Virus record (IMG/VR): IMGVR_UViG_3300013121_000030
Location: 160,001 to 224,000 of that record
From: an uncultured virus (IMG/VR IMGVR_UViG_3300013121_000030)
Lineage: Duplodnaviria > Heunggongvirae > Uroviricota > Caudoviricetes
DNA: 64,000 nucleotides
Direction: 5' to 3' (one strand)
Shown: positions 10,329 to 20,413 of the stretch, one piece after another
How the letters are laid out: each line of letters opens with the position of its first letter
How positions within the stretch are numbered: position 1 is the first letter of the stretch
Notes under the pieces: generated by a model
What the model saw: only the letters and a program-made list of their open reading frames with translations
Database searches by the model: none
Told to the model about the DNA's origin: nothing
Position numbers and translations under genes: made by a program

Positions 10329-10871
10329 TTATCGACGGGCAGCAGTCTTCTTTTTCTCCGAAACTACAATCGGAACATCCACAATGGGCTGCTTCAGTTC
10401 CGAGGGGGAAGATGCCTCGACAGTTGGCCCCAACTCAGTCCTGGACCTGTCCAGAAGTTCGGTGAGATTGTCCGTGGGGATGCTCGTCCACACCTCCTTG
10501 AGGTCCGAGAGAGCTTCGAGTGCGATGGGGATGATCGTGGCAAGGAGCTGGTTGCCCTCTGCTGTCATCACTGCCTTCTCTCCCCGAGCAGCAACAGTTT
10601 GGATTTTGCTGGCCGTTCCCTCGCCGAACTTGCTGTCCAGCAGGTTGGCGAAAACGCCCGCAAGGGCGTGGACTACCGCGGGGGAAGCCAGGTTGAGGAG
10701 TGTTTGAGCAACTGGGTGCTCCACAAACTCCTCTGGGACACCTGCCTTCTTGAGGGCCATGGAGAAGGTGGCCGTTGTAGCATGAGCAGCCTGGACCAGG
10801 GCGATGTCCTGTGCTGCCCCTGAGAGGGCCGATGCGGCCATGGAAAGGGTCGATTGAGTTTCAGAAGTCAT
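10329..10871 (-). CDS. Hypothetical protein
   Basis: 180-aa ORF in coupled minus-strand operon. Confidence 0.65.
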   Translation of the reverse strand: MTSETQSTLSMAASALSGAAQDIALVQAAHATTATFSMALKKAGVPEEFVEHPVAQTLLNLASPAVVHALAGVFANLLDSKFGEGTASKIQTVAARGEKAVMTAEGNQLLATIIPIALEALSDLKEVWTSIPTDNLTELLDRSRTELGPTVEASSPSELKQPIVDVPIVVSEKKKTAARR

Positions 10872-11134
10872 CGTGCGCCTAATACCCAGATATGGGACTC
10901 ATGGTTTTCATCCCATGAGAGATTCCAGAATGCAGGATCCGCAAGCTCTTCTGGAGTCTCCACAAAGGACGAAGGAAACACCAAACGACAGGGAAGATTC
11001 CCACAGGTGCGTGAAATCTCCACACAGGGGCCCAAGGGAAGAACCCATCGATCTGAGCCCGCGAACAGAAGTCCTGAGGTAGGAGAGGTGAGCTTCTTCG
11101 CTGGGGCCACATCCCCTCTCACCACAATTGTCAA

Positions 11135-13405
11135 TCATACTGGGTTTCGGGAGGGGTTGTGTGCGTGGTCCTTGATGTGCGCGACAAATGATGAGGGGGA
11201 AGGTCTCGGCTTTGTGAGAGCCTTGTGTGTAGAGATCTCCAGAGCTTCAGCCTCCTTCAAGAAGACCTCGGCGTGGTCCTGAACGTGGGGCCAGAGGGAC
11301 TGAATGAAGTCCGTGCCCATTTGGGCGAGGACTGATTGAAGGGCCTCTCGACTCCATTGTTGGAGGCGGACGTTTTGGAGTCGGACACCCACGGCGTGAG
11401 CCGCGATGGGCGTGAGGACCATGAGGATGGATTGGGTCGCTGGGGACTCGGGGAGACCCATCCGTTTGAGGAGGTGGGCCGCTAGATGTGAAACGAGGGC
11501 AGCAGTTGCGCGTCCCCCGATGCCTATGAAAGCTTCTACAGTCTTCTCTTGCAACATCTTCGCGGTTTTTTGGGCCTCTTCTGTCTTCCCAGGTGGGGAA
11601 ATGGTGTTATCTTCATGGCTAGGAGCGTCGTTGGAGACCTCCGCAACGTCTACGTTCTTATATATGTGGGCGTAGAACACCTTGGCATCGCCGCTGACTT
11701 GGGCATCGCCGTAGACTTGGGCATCGCCGTAGACTTGGGCATCGCCGTAGACTTGGGCAGTGCCATAAATTAGGGCTTTGCCATAAACTAAGGCTTTGCC
11801 TGACACCTTGGCATCGCCGCAAATTATGGCGTTGTCAAATATCTCGGTTTCTTCACTCACCATAGCTGAGTCGTAGACTTTGGCCTCGCCATAGACCTCG
11901 GCACGGCCAAAGACCTTGGCATTGTCGTAGACTTTGGCATTGCCGTAGACCTGGGCGTTGTCATAGACTTCGGCGTCGCCATAGACCTGGGCGTTGTCAT
12001 AGACTTCGGCGTCGCCATAGACTTCGGCGTCGCCATAGACTTCGGCGTTGCCGCCAACCTTGGCGTAGACCTTGGCGTTGCCGCCGACCTTGGCATTGTC
12101 GCAGACATTGGCGTTGTTGAGGACAATGGCATTGCCGCAAACAATAGCATTGTCGCAGACATTGGCGTTGTCGCAGACATTGGCGTTGTCGCAGACATTG
12201 GCATTGTCGTAGACTTTGGCATTGCCATAGACCTGGGCGTCGCCATAGACCTGGGCGTCGCCGCAGACAATGGCGTTGCCGTAGACAATGGCGTTGCCGT
12301 AGACTGCGGCGTCGCCATAGATCTCAGTGTTGCCATGGACCTGGGCCAAGTTCGTGACCTCGGCCTTGTCATGGACCTTGGCGTTGCCGTGGACCTTGGC
12401 ATTGCCGTAGACACGGGCTCCCCCAAAAACTACTGCCAGAGGTCCAACATAGGCTGTTTGGTCCACATGGGCTGTGGACTCCACCCAACCCCCGCCATTC
12501 GTATGGCGATGCCATTTTTTGGCGAGAATGGCGTCCACCTGAAGAAAGGTTTGATTGGACCAGAGAGCATCATAGACCGTTTTAGTCCAACAGTGGTTTG
12601 TGACCCACGCAACTTGGACTCCATCACGAGTGAGGACCCCCCATTGGGGGTGAATATGGGCATTAGGGAACTCCTCCCTGAGTTCTTCCCGTGCCTCCTC
12701 CCCCCAAGCCTCGGGGAGGTGGATTAGGATGAGGGTTGGTGACTGAAATATCGAGTGGGTTCGCAGATTGTCCAAGTCGTCGAGGAGCTTTTGAGACCAG
12801 ATGCTCTTTTTTGGTGGAGGCTGAGTTGGTGAGGCCCTCGTCCATTCTTCCCCGTGGTGGAAAGAAATCTTGACCTCCTCGGCATCCGTGAAGAAGGACA
12901 ACGACTCCACGGGCCCCTCTACGATCGTCCTGGACACCGAATCCCAGAAGGTAGAGTTGTTTTTTGCAGCAGAGATTTGCTGCGACACCTCACTTGATTT
13001 GATTGGCATGGAAGTGATCGTGCTGCGTTCCACATCTTTTATGTGGGTTTGGAGCAAGATCTCATCCAAGATCTTCTCAAATTTGATTGGTGTGTTGGTC
13101 TCAACTCTTACTTGGAACGATTGTGGATTCCGGGAAAAGATGTTGATCACAACCCAGACGGCAATCAAATCCCGAATCCTGTAGGATACCGACTCCATTC
13201 GAGTCGGAATCCTAATATCCAGGGAGCGTCGGAAGGATAGGTCGGAAAGGAGAGAAGTGACCTGTTGGAGTATCCTGTTGAAGGATACAGATGCCGTGAC
13301 CCAGGTGGGGAGGTCCCACACAGTAGGGGTGGTCTTGTAAAAATCGTAAATGGAGGGCATCGGGGTGGATACCCAGAACCCCACAACCTGGTCAGAAATC
13401 TTCAA
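11135..13405 (-). CDS. Hexapeptide-repeat (left-handed beta-helix) domain protein
   Basis: Tandem (G/D)(N/D)AxVY hexapeptides preceded by NGGGWV motif. Confidence 0.8.
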   Translation of the reverse strand: MKISDQVVGFWVSTPMPSIYDFYKTTPTVWDLPTWVTASVSFNRILQQVTSLLSDLSFRRSLDIRIPTRMESVSYRIRDLIAVWVVINIFSRNPQSFQVRVETNTPIKFEKILDEILLQTHIKDVERSTITSMPIKSSEVSQQISAAKNNSTFWDSVSRTIVEGPVESLSFFTDAEEVKISFHHGEEWTRASPTQPPPKKSIWSQKLLDDLDNLRTHSIFQSPTLILIHLPEAWGEEAREELREEFPNAHIHPQWGVLTRDGVQVAWVTNHCWTKTVYDALWSNQTFLQVDAILAKKWHRHTNGGGWVESTAHVDQTAYVGPLAVVFGGARVYGNAKVHGNAKVHDKAEVTNLAQVHGNTEIYGDAAVYGNAIVYGNAIVCGDAQVYGDAQVYGNAKVYDNANVCDNANVCDNANVCDNAIVCGNAIVLNNANVCDNAKVGGNAKVYAKVGGNAEVYGDAEVYGDAEVYDNAQVYGDAEVYDNAQVYGNAKVYDNAKVFGRAEVYGEAKVYDSAMVSEETEIFDNAIICGDAKVSGKALVYGKALIYGTAQVYGDAQVYGDAQVYGDAQVSGDAKVFYAHIYKNVDVAEVSNDAPSHEDNTISPPGKTEEAQKTAKMLQEKTVEAFIGIGGRATAALVSHLAAHLLKRMGLPESPATQSILMVLTPIAAHAVGVRLQNVRLQQWSREALQSVLAQMGTDFIQSLWPHVQDHAEVFLKEAEALEISTHKALTKPRPSPSSFVAHIKDHAHNPSRNPV
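11680..12415. repeat. Imperfect 18-bp coding tandem repeat
   Basis: Units such as GGCATCGCCGTAGACTTG and GGCGTTGTCGCAGACATT. Confidence 0.85.
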
Positions 13406-13799
13406 CCAGTTGGAGGATCAGGTCGGAAGCCATGTCTGAATCCAGCGGGGGGATTTTGTCGGATTTTGAACGGAACGCGGTCAGGCGAGCAAGAGGAGTG
13501 TATTTCACAGCGATGTGTGGTTTTGAGGAGATCTGTTCAGGACCAAACATCAAGCTCAGCTCAAGTTCGTCTGAAGAGACGACGAAGCTAAATCCCTTTT
13601 TCTGTACTTGCCAAGATTCGTCGGGGAACAATGCTCTCAGCTTGGCAATCAGATCCCGAACCACGGAGGACAAGTAGCTCTCCATCAGATCTGATAATTG
13701 GTTGTGAAAAGATCGAGATGAGGCGGTCCTAAGGTTCGGACGCAATGGGACTCGGGGATGTGCCATGCACTTCTCCCGTAGAGTCACAGAATATTGGGG

Positions 13800-14675
13800 T
13801 CACTGGGGGCGCCAATCTGGGCGACAGCGAGTCCAAGTAGCCTCTCCCACAGGGAGGTTTTTGATGGCGCTCAGATTTGTGCTGAGGTAGAGCACCACAT
13901 CCGCAAGATCACGGACACATGCTCCAACCATCGGTTGGAATCCCGTGGGGGAGTTGAGGATCACCACGTCCCAACACTGGGGAGCGGTTTCCAGGTGCCT
14001 CCGAAGGAGCTTCATGCAGGGAAGGCCGTGTCCTTCGGTGTACAGAGACTCAAGGGAAAGCCTCCCCAGAAGCTCGGGGATCTTCTTCATGTCTGCCAAT
14101 TGCGTCGCAGGCAGAAGGTCTGGAGGTGGGGGGATATCATAACGAGGACGCCCCGCTGCATTCATATCGGCAGGGATGGGGCAGAATGGGGACTTCGGGG
14201 CAAAGGGATTGCGGGCCACAGCAACGCTATCCGGTCCCTTTTCTGTAAGATCCACCAGAAGGTCCAGGATTCCAGGCTGGGTCCACGGGACCTTGTAGTG
14301 GAAGGCCCACCTGTGGGAGAGCTTCGGTGTGTCAATGTCCATATCAATGATCAGGGTCTTGATCCCGAACCGGGCCAGGTTGTGGCCCAAAGTCCCACAA
14401 GCCCCTGTACGATCGTCTCCGCCAAAGAAGTCGCGGTCCACCCCACCAAAGAAGTCGTAAACTGTTGCGATAGTCATCTCCTTCTGCATGGAGAGGGTGC
14501 CCTTTCCTGTCCGCTTGAACTTCCCCTTGAGGGAGGTGATCTCCCGTGCCTTGAGGCAAGCATCCAGGGTCTCCTGGGCGGATCTGCGGTCCGCCGGGAA
14601 GAACTGATCAAAGAGTTCTTCTCGTGTAAGCCCCGGGGCGAGGCGTAGGACTTGGTGTCGGCGTAGTGATGGCAT
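13800..14675 (-). CDS. Degenerate ParA/MinD-like (KGGVGR-type) ATPase
   Basis: GHNLARFGIKTLIIDMD, PGILD, WDVVILNSPTG; Walker A replaced by FGGVDRDFFGGDDRT. Confidence 0.6.
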   Translation of the reverse strand: MPSLRRHQVLRLAPGLTREELFDQFFPADRRSAQETLDACLKAREITSLKGKFKRTGKGTLSMQKEMTIATVYDFFGGVDRDFFGGDDRTGACGTLGHNLARFGIKTLIIDMDIDTPKLSHRWAFHYKVPWTQPGILDLLVDLTEKGPDSVAVARNPFAPKSPFCPIPADMNAAGRPRYDIPPPPDLLPATQLADMKKIPELLGRLSLESLYTEGHGLPCMKLLRRHLETAPQCWDVVILNSPTGFQPMVGACVRDLADVVLYLSTNLSAIKNLPVGEATWTRCRPDWRPQ

Positions 14676-15293
14676 TATATGACCTTGAACCCTAGCCCGA
14701 GAAGATCCCCCGGACGAATGGGATTGGCTCCACATTGGAGGTTGAACACTTCTCGAAGCTGTGGGGGATCTCCTATGAGTTCTGCTCCCCCGTTACGGGA
14801 ATCCGACACTAGGAGCCGCCACACCTCCGCATGTGGGTCCCTTTGAAGGGAGAGGCAGAGGTATCCTCCAGGAAAGGGATGGTGCAGACCTTCAATGTGC
14901 CTCTCTGAGGGGATCATTTCCTCCTCGACGGTGGAGAGGAAAATGATAATGGCGGTCTTTCGCGGGCTCTTGCCCGCCCCAGAGAGGCGGGGTTTCCTCA
15001 AGTCGCCCCAGGCCCGCTGCACTTGGGGCAGCGGTCGTTGCTCCACTGGATTTGGAGGAATCCAAGGTTGAAAAGACAATGGGGGCCGTCGTACCAGAAG
15101 TGGTCCTGACCGAAACCTTCCCACTGCCTGGACCACCACAACGCCCAGCATGTGGTGTGGGAAGTCCACCAGGAGACCTTTTCTGGGTCCCGACTCTGAA
15201 AGAAGATTCCCGCAGAGGAGCCATCAACTTTCAGGACGTACCTCCCGAGGCGCTTGTTGTGAGGTTGGAATTTGGGTTTGGTTGCGAACAGGA

Positions 15294-15488
15294 TCATGTG
15301 CCCTTTTTGAGGTGCTGTGAGACCATCATGAAAATAAGGATGTCTCCCCACGACACGAGAAAGAAAAAGGCCCCCTTCAAGACCAGAGAAAATACTGATT
15401 TCTCATGGGGAAAGAGGAAGATGGCGATCAGGATCATCTGAGCAAGACAGACTGCCGCCGTGAGCCCCAAAATGAGATATCTCTTCAT
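15294..15488 (-). CDS. Small membrane protein
   Basis: Two hydrophobic segments; coupled to upstream gene. Confidence 0.55.
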   Translation of the reverse strand: MKRYLILGLTAAVCLAQMILIAIFLFPHEKSVFSLVLKGAFFFLVSWGDILIFMMVSQHLKKGT

Positions 15489-15810
15489 CCAACACCTCCG
15501 TAGGTCGTGCGCTCCAGACGCCTCTTAAGGAACTCACCGATCTCAACAGTCAGTGCTTTCTTCTCGTGAGAGGGTGGGCCAAAGACGTCCCCGAAATTGG
15601 TATCCGCAAGGTACTTCAGGGTGCGTTCCATTCGTGAGGCGGCCTCCTCGAACGAGGTGCCGGCCACAGGAGGCAGAACCTCGGCCCACACACCCATGGA
15701 TGGGAACCGGGAACTCATGACGATGGGGGACCCGAGAACAGCCACCCCCCCCCCCCTGGAAGGACCGTGATGGGTGACATTGCGAAGGCTTGGTGTCGAA
15801 GCTGAGTCAT
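15485..15810 (-). pseudogene. Hypothetical gene frameshifted at a G12 tract
   Basis: Leaderless ATG 15810 (MTQLRH..VLPGGGG); C-terminal frame (VAVLGSP..) restored by G10 or G13. Confidence 0.55.
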
Positions 15811-15816
15811 GGGTCG

Positions 15817-15845
15817 TGAGTAGCACGTGACGTGCTGTGTTACAC
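15817..15845 (-). promoter_or_regulatory. Phage promoter-like motif; leaderless ATG at 15810
   Basis: GTGTAAC-N11-CGTGC-TACTCA-N6-ATG. Confidence 0.75.
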
Positions 15846-15863
15846 GGGGGTTGAGGTTCTGGG

Positions 15864-15936
15864 CGCTCCCGGCAGGACTCGAACCTGCATACGAGGGATT
15901 AGAAATCCCTTGCCTTATCCAGTCGGCCACGAGAGC
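15864..15936 (-). tRNA. tRNA-Arg(UCU)
   Basis: Cloverleaf; AGGGA-TT-TCT-AA-TCCCT; GGTTCGAGTCC T-arm. Confidence 0.9.
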
Positions 15937-16127
15937 GTGGTTTCTTCAGCGGATCTCTCCCGAGATGATATCAGGGGCCCTTTCGATCCCAGGCTCCCGG
16001 GGAGCAGGGATCGTTGGAAGGTGTGGATGGAGATACTCCGCCGTTGCCAGCCGATTTTCCATCACGGCAATGACCCACTGTCTCGTGGTGTCGTCCGTGG
16101 GGTTGGTGTCGTCGGACATGATGTCCA

Positions 16128-16156
16128 TGTGTAGCACGTCCGTCGCGGACTTACAC
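16128..16156 (-). promoter_or_regulatory. Phage promoter-like motif
   Basis: GTGTAAG-N11-CGTGC-TACACA-N8-ATG. Confidence 0.7.
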
Positions 16157-16406
16157 TCGGAACTTGGAAGAATCCCAGAAGAGGCGGAGGCTGAAACGGA
16201 GTTTTCTCACCTCGGAAGCTGCGCGAGTGGCGACAACCCGACTGGGATAGGGGCCATAGGATGTCCCCATGGACCAAGTGGGGTCTGTAGACCTCTCATG
16301 TTCGAGCGATTTTGAGGGGTCCACACTAACTCCAATTTTTGTGCGGCGGCCTGCACAGAGGACATAGACCCACCACTGGAGGGGTTGATGTGGGTACGAA
16401 GTACGT

Positions 16407-17099
16407 ATGGCAGTCACGCACATCACTTTTACCGGAGTGGATGGAACCGTTTCAGGGTCTGACCTTTTTCAGTGGGCCAAACGGTTGCCTTGCTCACCAT
16501 TTCAGGTGGAGCTGGGGTTTCTCTTCTCCTTGACCCGAGAGGGGTCAAGTCGATATCCGCAGATTGACCGCATTCCGTTCTTCTTGGAGATTGGCATTGA
16601 CATTGGAGTTCGTACTGCGGTGCATGTGTGTGGGGAGGCTGCACGGTTGTTGGCTTTCGAGGGAATCCTCCACCCAAGACTCTCTCCTCTCGTAGACTTG
16701 TGTGATCGAGTCCAAATTAACGTGGACTGGGAAGGGAGGGATCTGGAGAAGGGATTGGAGGTGATGAAGGGGCACCCCACAATAGGGTGGATTCTCCAGA
16801 GCCGTGATGCGGAGAAATTTCCAACTCCGCCAATTCCCAATTTGTTCTACCTCTTTGATGCTTCTGGGGGTAGGGGCAAGGAACCCGTGGCATGGCCTCC
16901 ATGCCCAAACGATCAGTGGGTCGGGTACGCAGGGGGGTTGGGCCCTGGGCGGGTTGGGCCTCTCTTGAAGGAATTGGAGCAGAAGTCTCCTGAGGGGAAG
17001 TTTTGGGTGGATATGGAGAGTTCCCTTTTTGAGGATGGTAAGTTTGAGTTAAGTCGATGCACGGAGGTGCTCCATGAGGCCAACAAATTGATTTTTTGA
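16407..17099 (+). CDS. TrpF/PRAI-like TIM-barrel protein
   Basis: LFDASGGRG, VGYAGGLGP, FWVDMESS motifs. Confidence 0.65.
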   Translation: MAVTHITFTGVDGTVSGSDLFQWAKRLPCSPFQVELGFLFSLTREGSSRYPQIDRIPFFLEIGIDIGVRTAVHVCGEAARLLAFEGILHPRLSPLVDLCDRVQINVDWEGRDLEKGLEVMKGHPTIGWILQSRDAEKFPTPPIPNLFYLFDASGGRGKEPVAWPPCPNDQWVGYAGGLGPGRVGPLLKELEQKSPEGKFWVDMESSLFEDGKFELSRCTEVLHEANKLIF

Positions 17100-17885
17100 T
17101 TGATACTTTGTGGGAGGGGAAAGGAGAACCCACCTTTGGTACCTTCCCCACACGATCTCAAGCAACAAATTGCTCGCAAAAAGGCAGCTCAAGCTGTCCT
17201 TGAGTCTCGCCGACGCAAGGCTGCCGCTCACCGAAAAACTCAAAAATCCCTCGGGAAAGTCGCACTGCAAGACAAGCTTGCGGATGCGGTGGAGTACAAT
17301 CGAGGTCGCGGTCGGCCAAAGGTCAGTGATCCCCTAACTTTTTGGATCCCGTGGTTCAACGAGAAAGTACGTCCGGTCTACCAGAAGTTGTGGAAGTACA
17401 TCCTCAAGTACCGCGAAGTAGCCAGCCCCTTGGGGATCGTTCGCGGGTGGTCAGGTCAACGCGGAAACCCTGCACTCATGGTGAAGACGTGGGTTTCCCC
17501 AGAGGACCTGACTCAGGTTCCAGATATACTTGTGAACTTGGACATGGACGTGGTGGGATTGATTGAGACATACGCCACCAATCCTCGCGCAGTGTGGGTC
17601 AATCCTTTGGTGGATCCGTCTGGAGCAGCCAAGATTGCTGCTCACGTGAAGGCCATCATGGTTTTGGCGGACCAATTCTCCAATGTGGTGGTTTCTGGAA
17701 TTGAGCCACAGCAGTTTTGGAAGAACTGGAAGAGCGCCAAAAGTCTGGCCCGTATGTTCTACAACCAGTCAATGGCTTTTGCACAATACGACACTGCGGG
17801 AGAAGTAGACAAGTTGGCTCAAAAGCTCCTCTCCCAACGGGGGGATTTGCGGTATCGGCCCCAAAGGGTCGTTCCCTCAATCTAA
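17100..17885 (+). CDS. Hypothetical protein
   Basis: 261-aa ORF; AAGGAG near 5' end, exact start uncertain. Confidence 0.6.
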   Translation: MILCGRGKENPPLVPSPHDLKQQIARKKAAQAVLESRRRKAAAHRKTQKSLGKVALQDKLADAVEYNRGRGRPKVSDPLTFWIPWFNEKVRPVYQKLWKYILKYREVASPLGIVRGWSGQRGNPALMVKTWVSPEDLTQVPDILVNLDMDVVGLIETYATNPRAVWVNPLVDPSGAAKIAAHVKAIMVLADQFSNVVVSGIEPQQFWKNWKSAKSLARMFYNQSMAFAQYDTAGEVDKLAQKLLSQRGDLRYRPQRVVPSI

Positions 17886-17894
17886 GAGGACACG

Positions 17895-19106
17895 GTGGTT
17901 CTAGTACCACCCACTCGATATGGAGGTCTGGGGGCCGGTCCTGGTTGGGTCCGGCGATACGAAGCCCAGACCTCCATTCCTTTGTCTGGGTCCAAGTCGA
18001 TCCTCATCGATCCCGTTCTTGGATCCCCCTTCGTTTTTCGTATCGTCCCTCCTGAAGTGCTTGTGGAAGCAATCTCGGGTGGAGCTGCAGCACGTGCAGG
18101 AAATATCTTCGATCGCCTCCTGGCAGATCAGCGACAAGCTGTCCTGGATGGGATTCCAGCAGGCACCGCATTGACAGACCAGGAGCAGACCCTCCTGGGA
18201 ACGAGAGTCCCAAACTCTCCCCAGGGAGTGGTGATTGCGTCTGCGCTGCGTGCAACGAATAATTTCGAGAGGACCAAACAACGCCAAAACAAGGCGAGGC
18301 AGCTTGTCCCCCGGCGTGGGGATGACAGTGATGTCCCCTTGACGGATCCGTTGGTGGGTGGAGATGGGAAGAGATTCTCCCCTCAGCGAGACCGATCCTC
18401 CACAGCCAATCAGCTCGCGGTCGCGGACACCAAGCAATCCCGGGGCATCATGGGACAGCTCATTGCGTTGGCGTCGACCCCACCCCTGACGTTGCTCATC
18501 AATCCTCAAAGTCTCACTGTCACCTACACGAAGAAGCAGTCCTATCAGGATCGGACGAGGACGAACTACCTCTTCCAGAGTTGGGGTGAGGATCAGCCCA
18601 AACTCTCTGTGCAGGGGAGGATAGGAGCCTTTGTCGCAGGTTCCGTGGCGGCCTCTGTGGATGCCTCAGGGCAGAGAGTCCTGAGCACAGAGGCAGCTTC
18701 GGGGGTCCAATTTGCCACGAAGAGGGATTCAGGGGCGTTCCAGAACCTCATGAACCTGATGACGGTGTACCGCAACAATGCCTACATCTATGACCTTGTG
18801 GGGAGGTCCGAGGCCCACTGGTGGATTGGGAGCATTCAGATCGAATACGACCAATACATCTACCAGGGTCAATTTGATTCGTTCACGTACTCTTACAGCG
18901 ACGATCGGCAGGGCGGCGGTCTGGAATTTGGGTTCGAGTTCACCGTGTCTGCCATGTACGACACATGCCAGGATGTGAGTGTCGTTCCAGTGGGGAGCAA
19001 CCAGCAAGCCTCTCCCCTCCCAGTGGGGGAAGCTCCTGCGGTCTACTCTGGAGAAGCCGAAGGCGGGGAAGGAGGACTTCTCCTCAACCCCGCCTTCCGT
19101 CGATGA
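17895..19106 (+). CDS. Putative tail/baseplate (tube-initiator-like) protein
   Basis: LLINPQSL...RTR...QSWGEDQPKLSVQG...GQFDSFTYSY...FGFEFTV pattern. Confidence 0.5.
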   Translation: MVLVPPTRYGGLGAGPGWVRRYEAQTSIPLSGSKSILIDPVLGSPFVFRIVPPEVLVEAISGGAAARAGNIFDRLLADQRQAVLDGIPAGTALTDQEQTLLGTRVPNSPQGVVIASALRATNNFERTKQRQNKARQLVPRRGDDSDVPLTDPLVGGDGKRFSPQRDRSSTANQLAVADTKQSRGIMGQLIALASTPPLTLLINPQSLTVTYTKKQSYQDRTRTNYLFQSWGEDQPKLSVQGRIGAFVAGSVAASVDASGQRVLSTEAASGVQFATKRDSGAFQNLMNLMTVYRNNAYIYDLVGRSEAHWWIGSIQIEYDQYIYQGQFDSFTYSYSDDRQGGGLEFGFEFTVSAMYDTCQDVSVVPVGSNQQASPLPVGEAPAVYSGEAEGGEGGLLLNPAFRR

Positions 19107-19107
19107 C

Positions 19108-19485
19108 TCAGAGTCCGAGCGCCGCAATCTCCTCCGGGGTGAGCTTGGAGAGCGCCCTCGCCCGGCACTCCATCTTCTTGTGGGCCTTGAAATCTTCTCC
19201 GTAACGAAAGTCGGGGAGGCAGGAGCTCGGGTTGACAGCGATGGCGCGGTCCCCAAAGGTGAGGACGAGAAAAGTCTGCTCCTCAACAACTCCAGGGCGA
19301 CCCATGACTCCAAGGCCAGTCGCCGCGATATCCGCAACAGCCCTGGTTACGCTGGTGTATCGAGGGATGAGGCTTCCTCGTCCCTCAGTCTTGTCGCTGT
19401 CCTCAAACACCACAAACCTGGTTGCGAGTGTCACCGTAGGGTCGTGGTCGGAAGTGATGAGTTCTTTAAGAGTCAGAATGTCCAT
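19108..19485 (-). CDS. Hypothetical protein
   Basis: GAGGA RBS, promoter motif upstream; phage-like C-terminus RALSKLTPEEIAALGL. Confidence 0.7.
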   Translation of the reverse strand: MDILTLKELITSDHDPTVTLATRFVVFEDSDKTEGRGSLIPRYTSVTRAVADIAATGLGVMGRPGVVEEQTFLVLTFGDRAIAVNPSSCLPDFRYGEDFKAHKKMECRARALSKLTPEEIAALGL

Positions 19486-19504
19486 GGTCGGTTTCCTCGC
19501 CTGA

Positions 19505-19533
19505 AGTGTAGCACGCCAACTCCCGGGTTACAC
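19505..19533 (-). promoter_or_regulatory. Phage promoter-like motif
   Basis: GTGTAAC-N11-CGTGC-TACACT. Confidence 0.8.
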
Positions 19534-19540
19534 GGCGGTC

Positions 19541-20413
19541 GTGAAGAAAATCTCCCCACGGGGACGGATACACTCCTGGGGTACACAAGGCGTGTACCAC
19601 AAGGCTACGATATCCAGGGGGATTCCGGGAACTCTCGGGAAGGTGCGGGAGGAACTGGAGGAGGCAGAAGATGCGGTGGAGCAGGGTTCACACATTCTTC
19701 TCGCGGTGGAGTTGTCGGACATCTTCTTGGCGTTGCGCCAAGTCGCGCGTGGCTACGGATGGACTCAAGAAGATCTGTCTTCAATGGCGGACATCACGGA
19801 ACGAGTCTTCGAGTCGGGGCATCGTGGTGGTTTACCGCTTTCGGCGCACCACCAGCTCCCGAATCCAGGGCGATGTCGAGAGATCGTGGCGCTTTTGAGC
19901 GCCATGGATTTTGGGGCGAAGAGGTGGAAGACCTTCGGCACGGGATACGCGGTGGCGAGGTTTGGCGAGCATCACAAGCTCCACATCTGGCACCCTGAGT
20001 TCGCAGATTCGCACACAGACTTTGGGGGGATTCACAGCCATGCCTACCACTTGGAGAGCACTGTGCTCCATGGGGCCATGAGGACTCGAATTTGGGGGAA
20101 GGATCCTTCGGGCCCTCCAGAACATTGGAAGTTGTGCTGTGGAAGTGGGGAAGAGTTCGTGGGTGCCGTGGTGAGGGCAGAGTTCGAGGTGGGGGAGGGG
20201 TATACCTATGCTCAGACGCAGGGATCATTTCATGATGTGGTGGGGCCGATTCAGGCAGTGACCTGGGTGTGCAAGAACAGCAAGGATGGTGAGGCATGGT
20301 TCATCCACAAGGGTCGGCCAAATCCGTATCTCAATCCGCGGGACCTCACACGCCAACAGGAAGCTGTGGCGAGGGAAATGTGGGGGAAGGCCCTCGTTCG
20401 TTGGTCGACTTGA
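19541..20413 (+). CDS. MazG-like NTP-pyrophosphatase fused to cupin-like domain
   Basis: KVREELEEAEDA..VELSD; C-terminal IHSHAYHLES...FHDV. Confidence 0.55.
   Translation: MKKISPRGRIHSWGTQGVYHKATISRGIPGTLGKVREELEEAEDAVEQGSHILLAVELSDIFLALRQVARGYGWTQEDLSSMADITERVFESGHRGGLPLSAHHQLPNPGRCREIVALLSAMDFGAKRWKTFGTGYAVARFGEHHKLHIWHPEFADSHTDFGGIHSHAYHLESTVLHGAMRTRIWGKDPSGPPEHWKLCCGSGEEFVGAVVRAEFEVGEGYTYAQTQGSFHDVVGPIQAVTWVCKNSKDGEAWFIHKGRPNPYLNPRDLTRQQEAVAREMWGKALVRWST

Noticed and set aside
11680-12415. CRISPR-like or DGR repeat
   Set aside because: In-frame 18-bp coding repeats of a beta-helix; no spacers and no reverse transcriptase.
18979-19998. Long alternative ORFs (18979..19998, 54562..55551, 62525..63532)
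   Set aside because: Shadow frames over better-supported genes.
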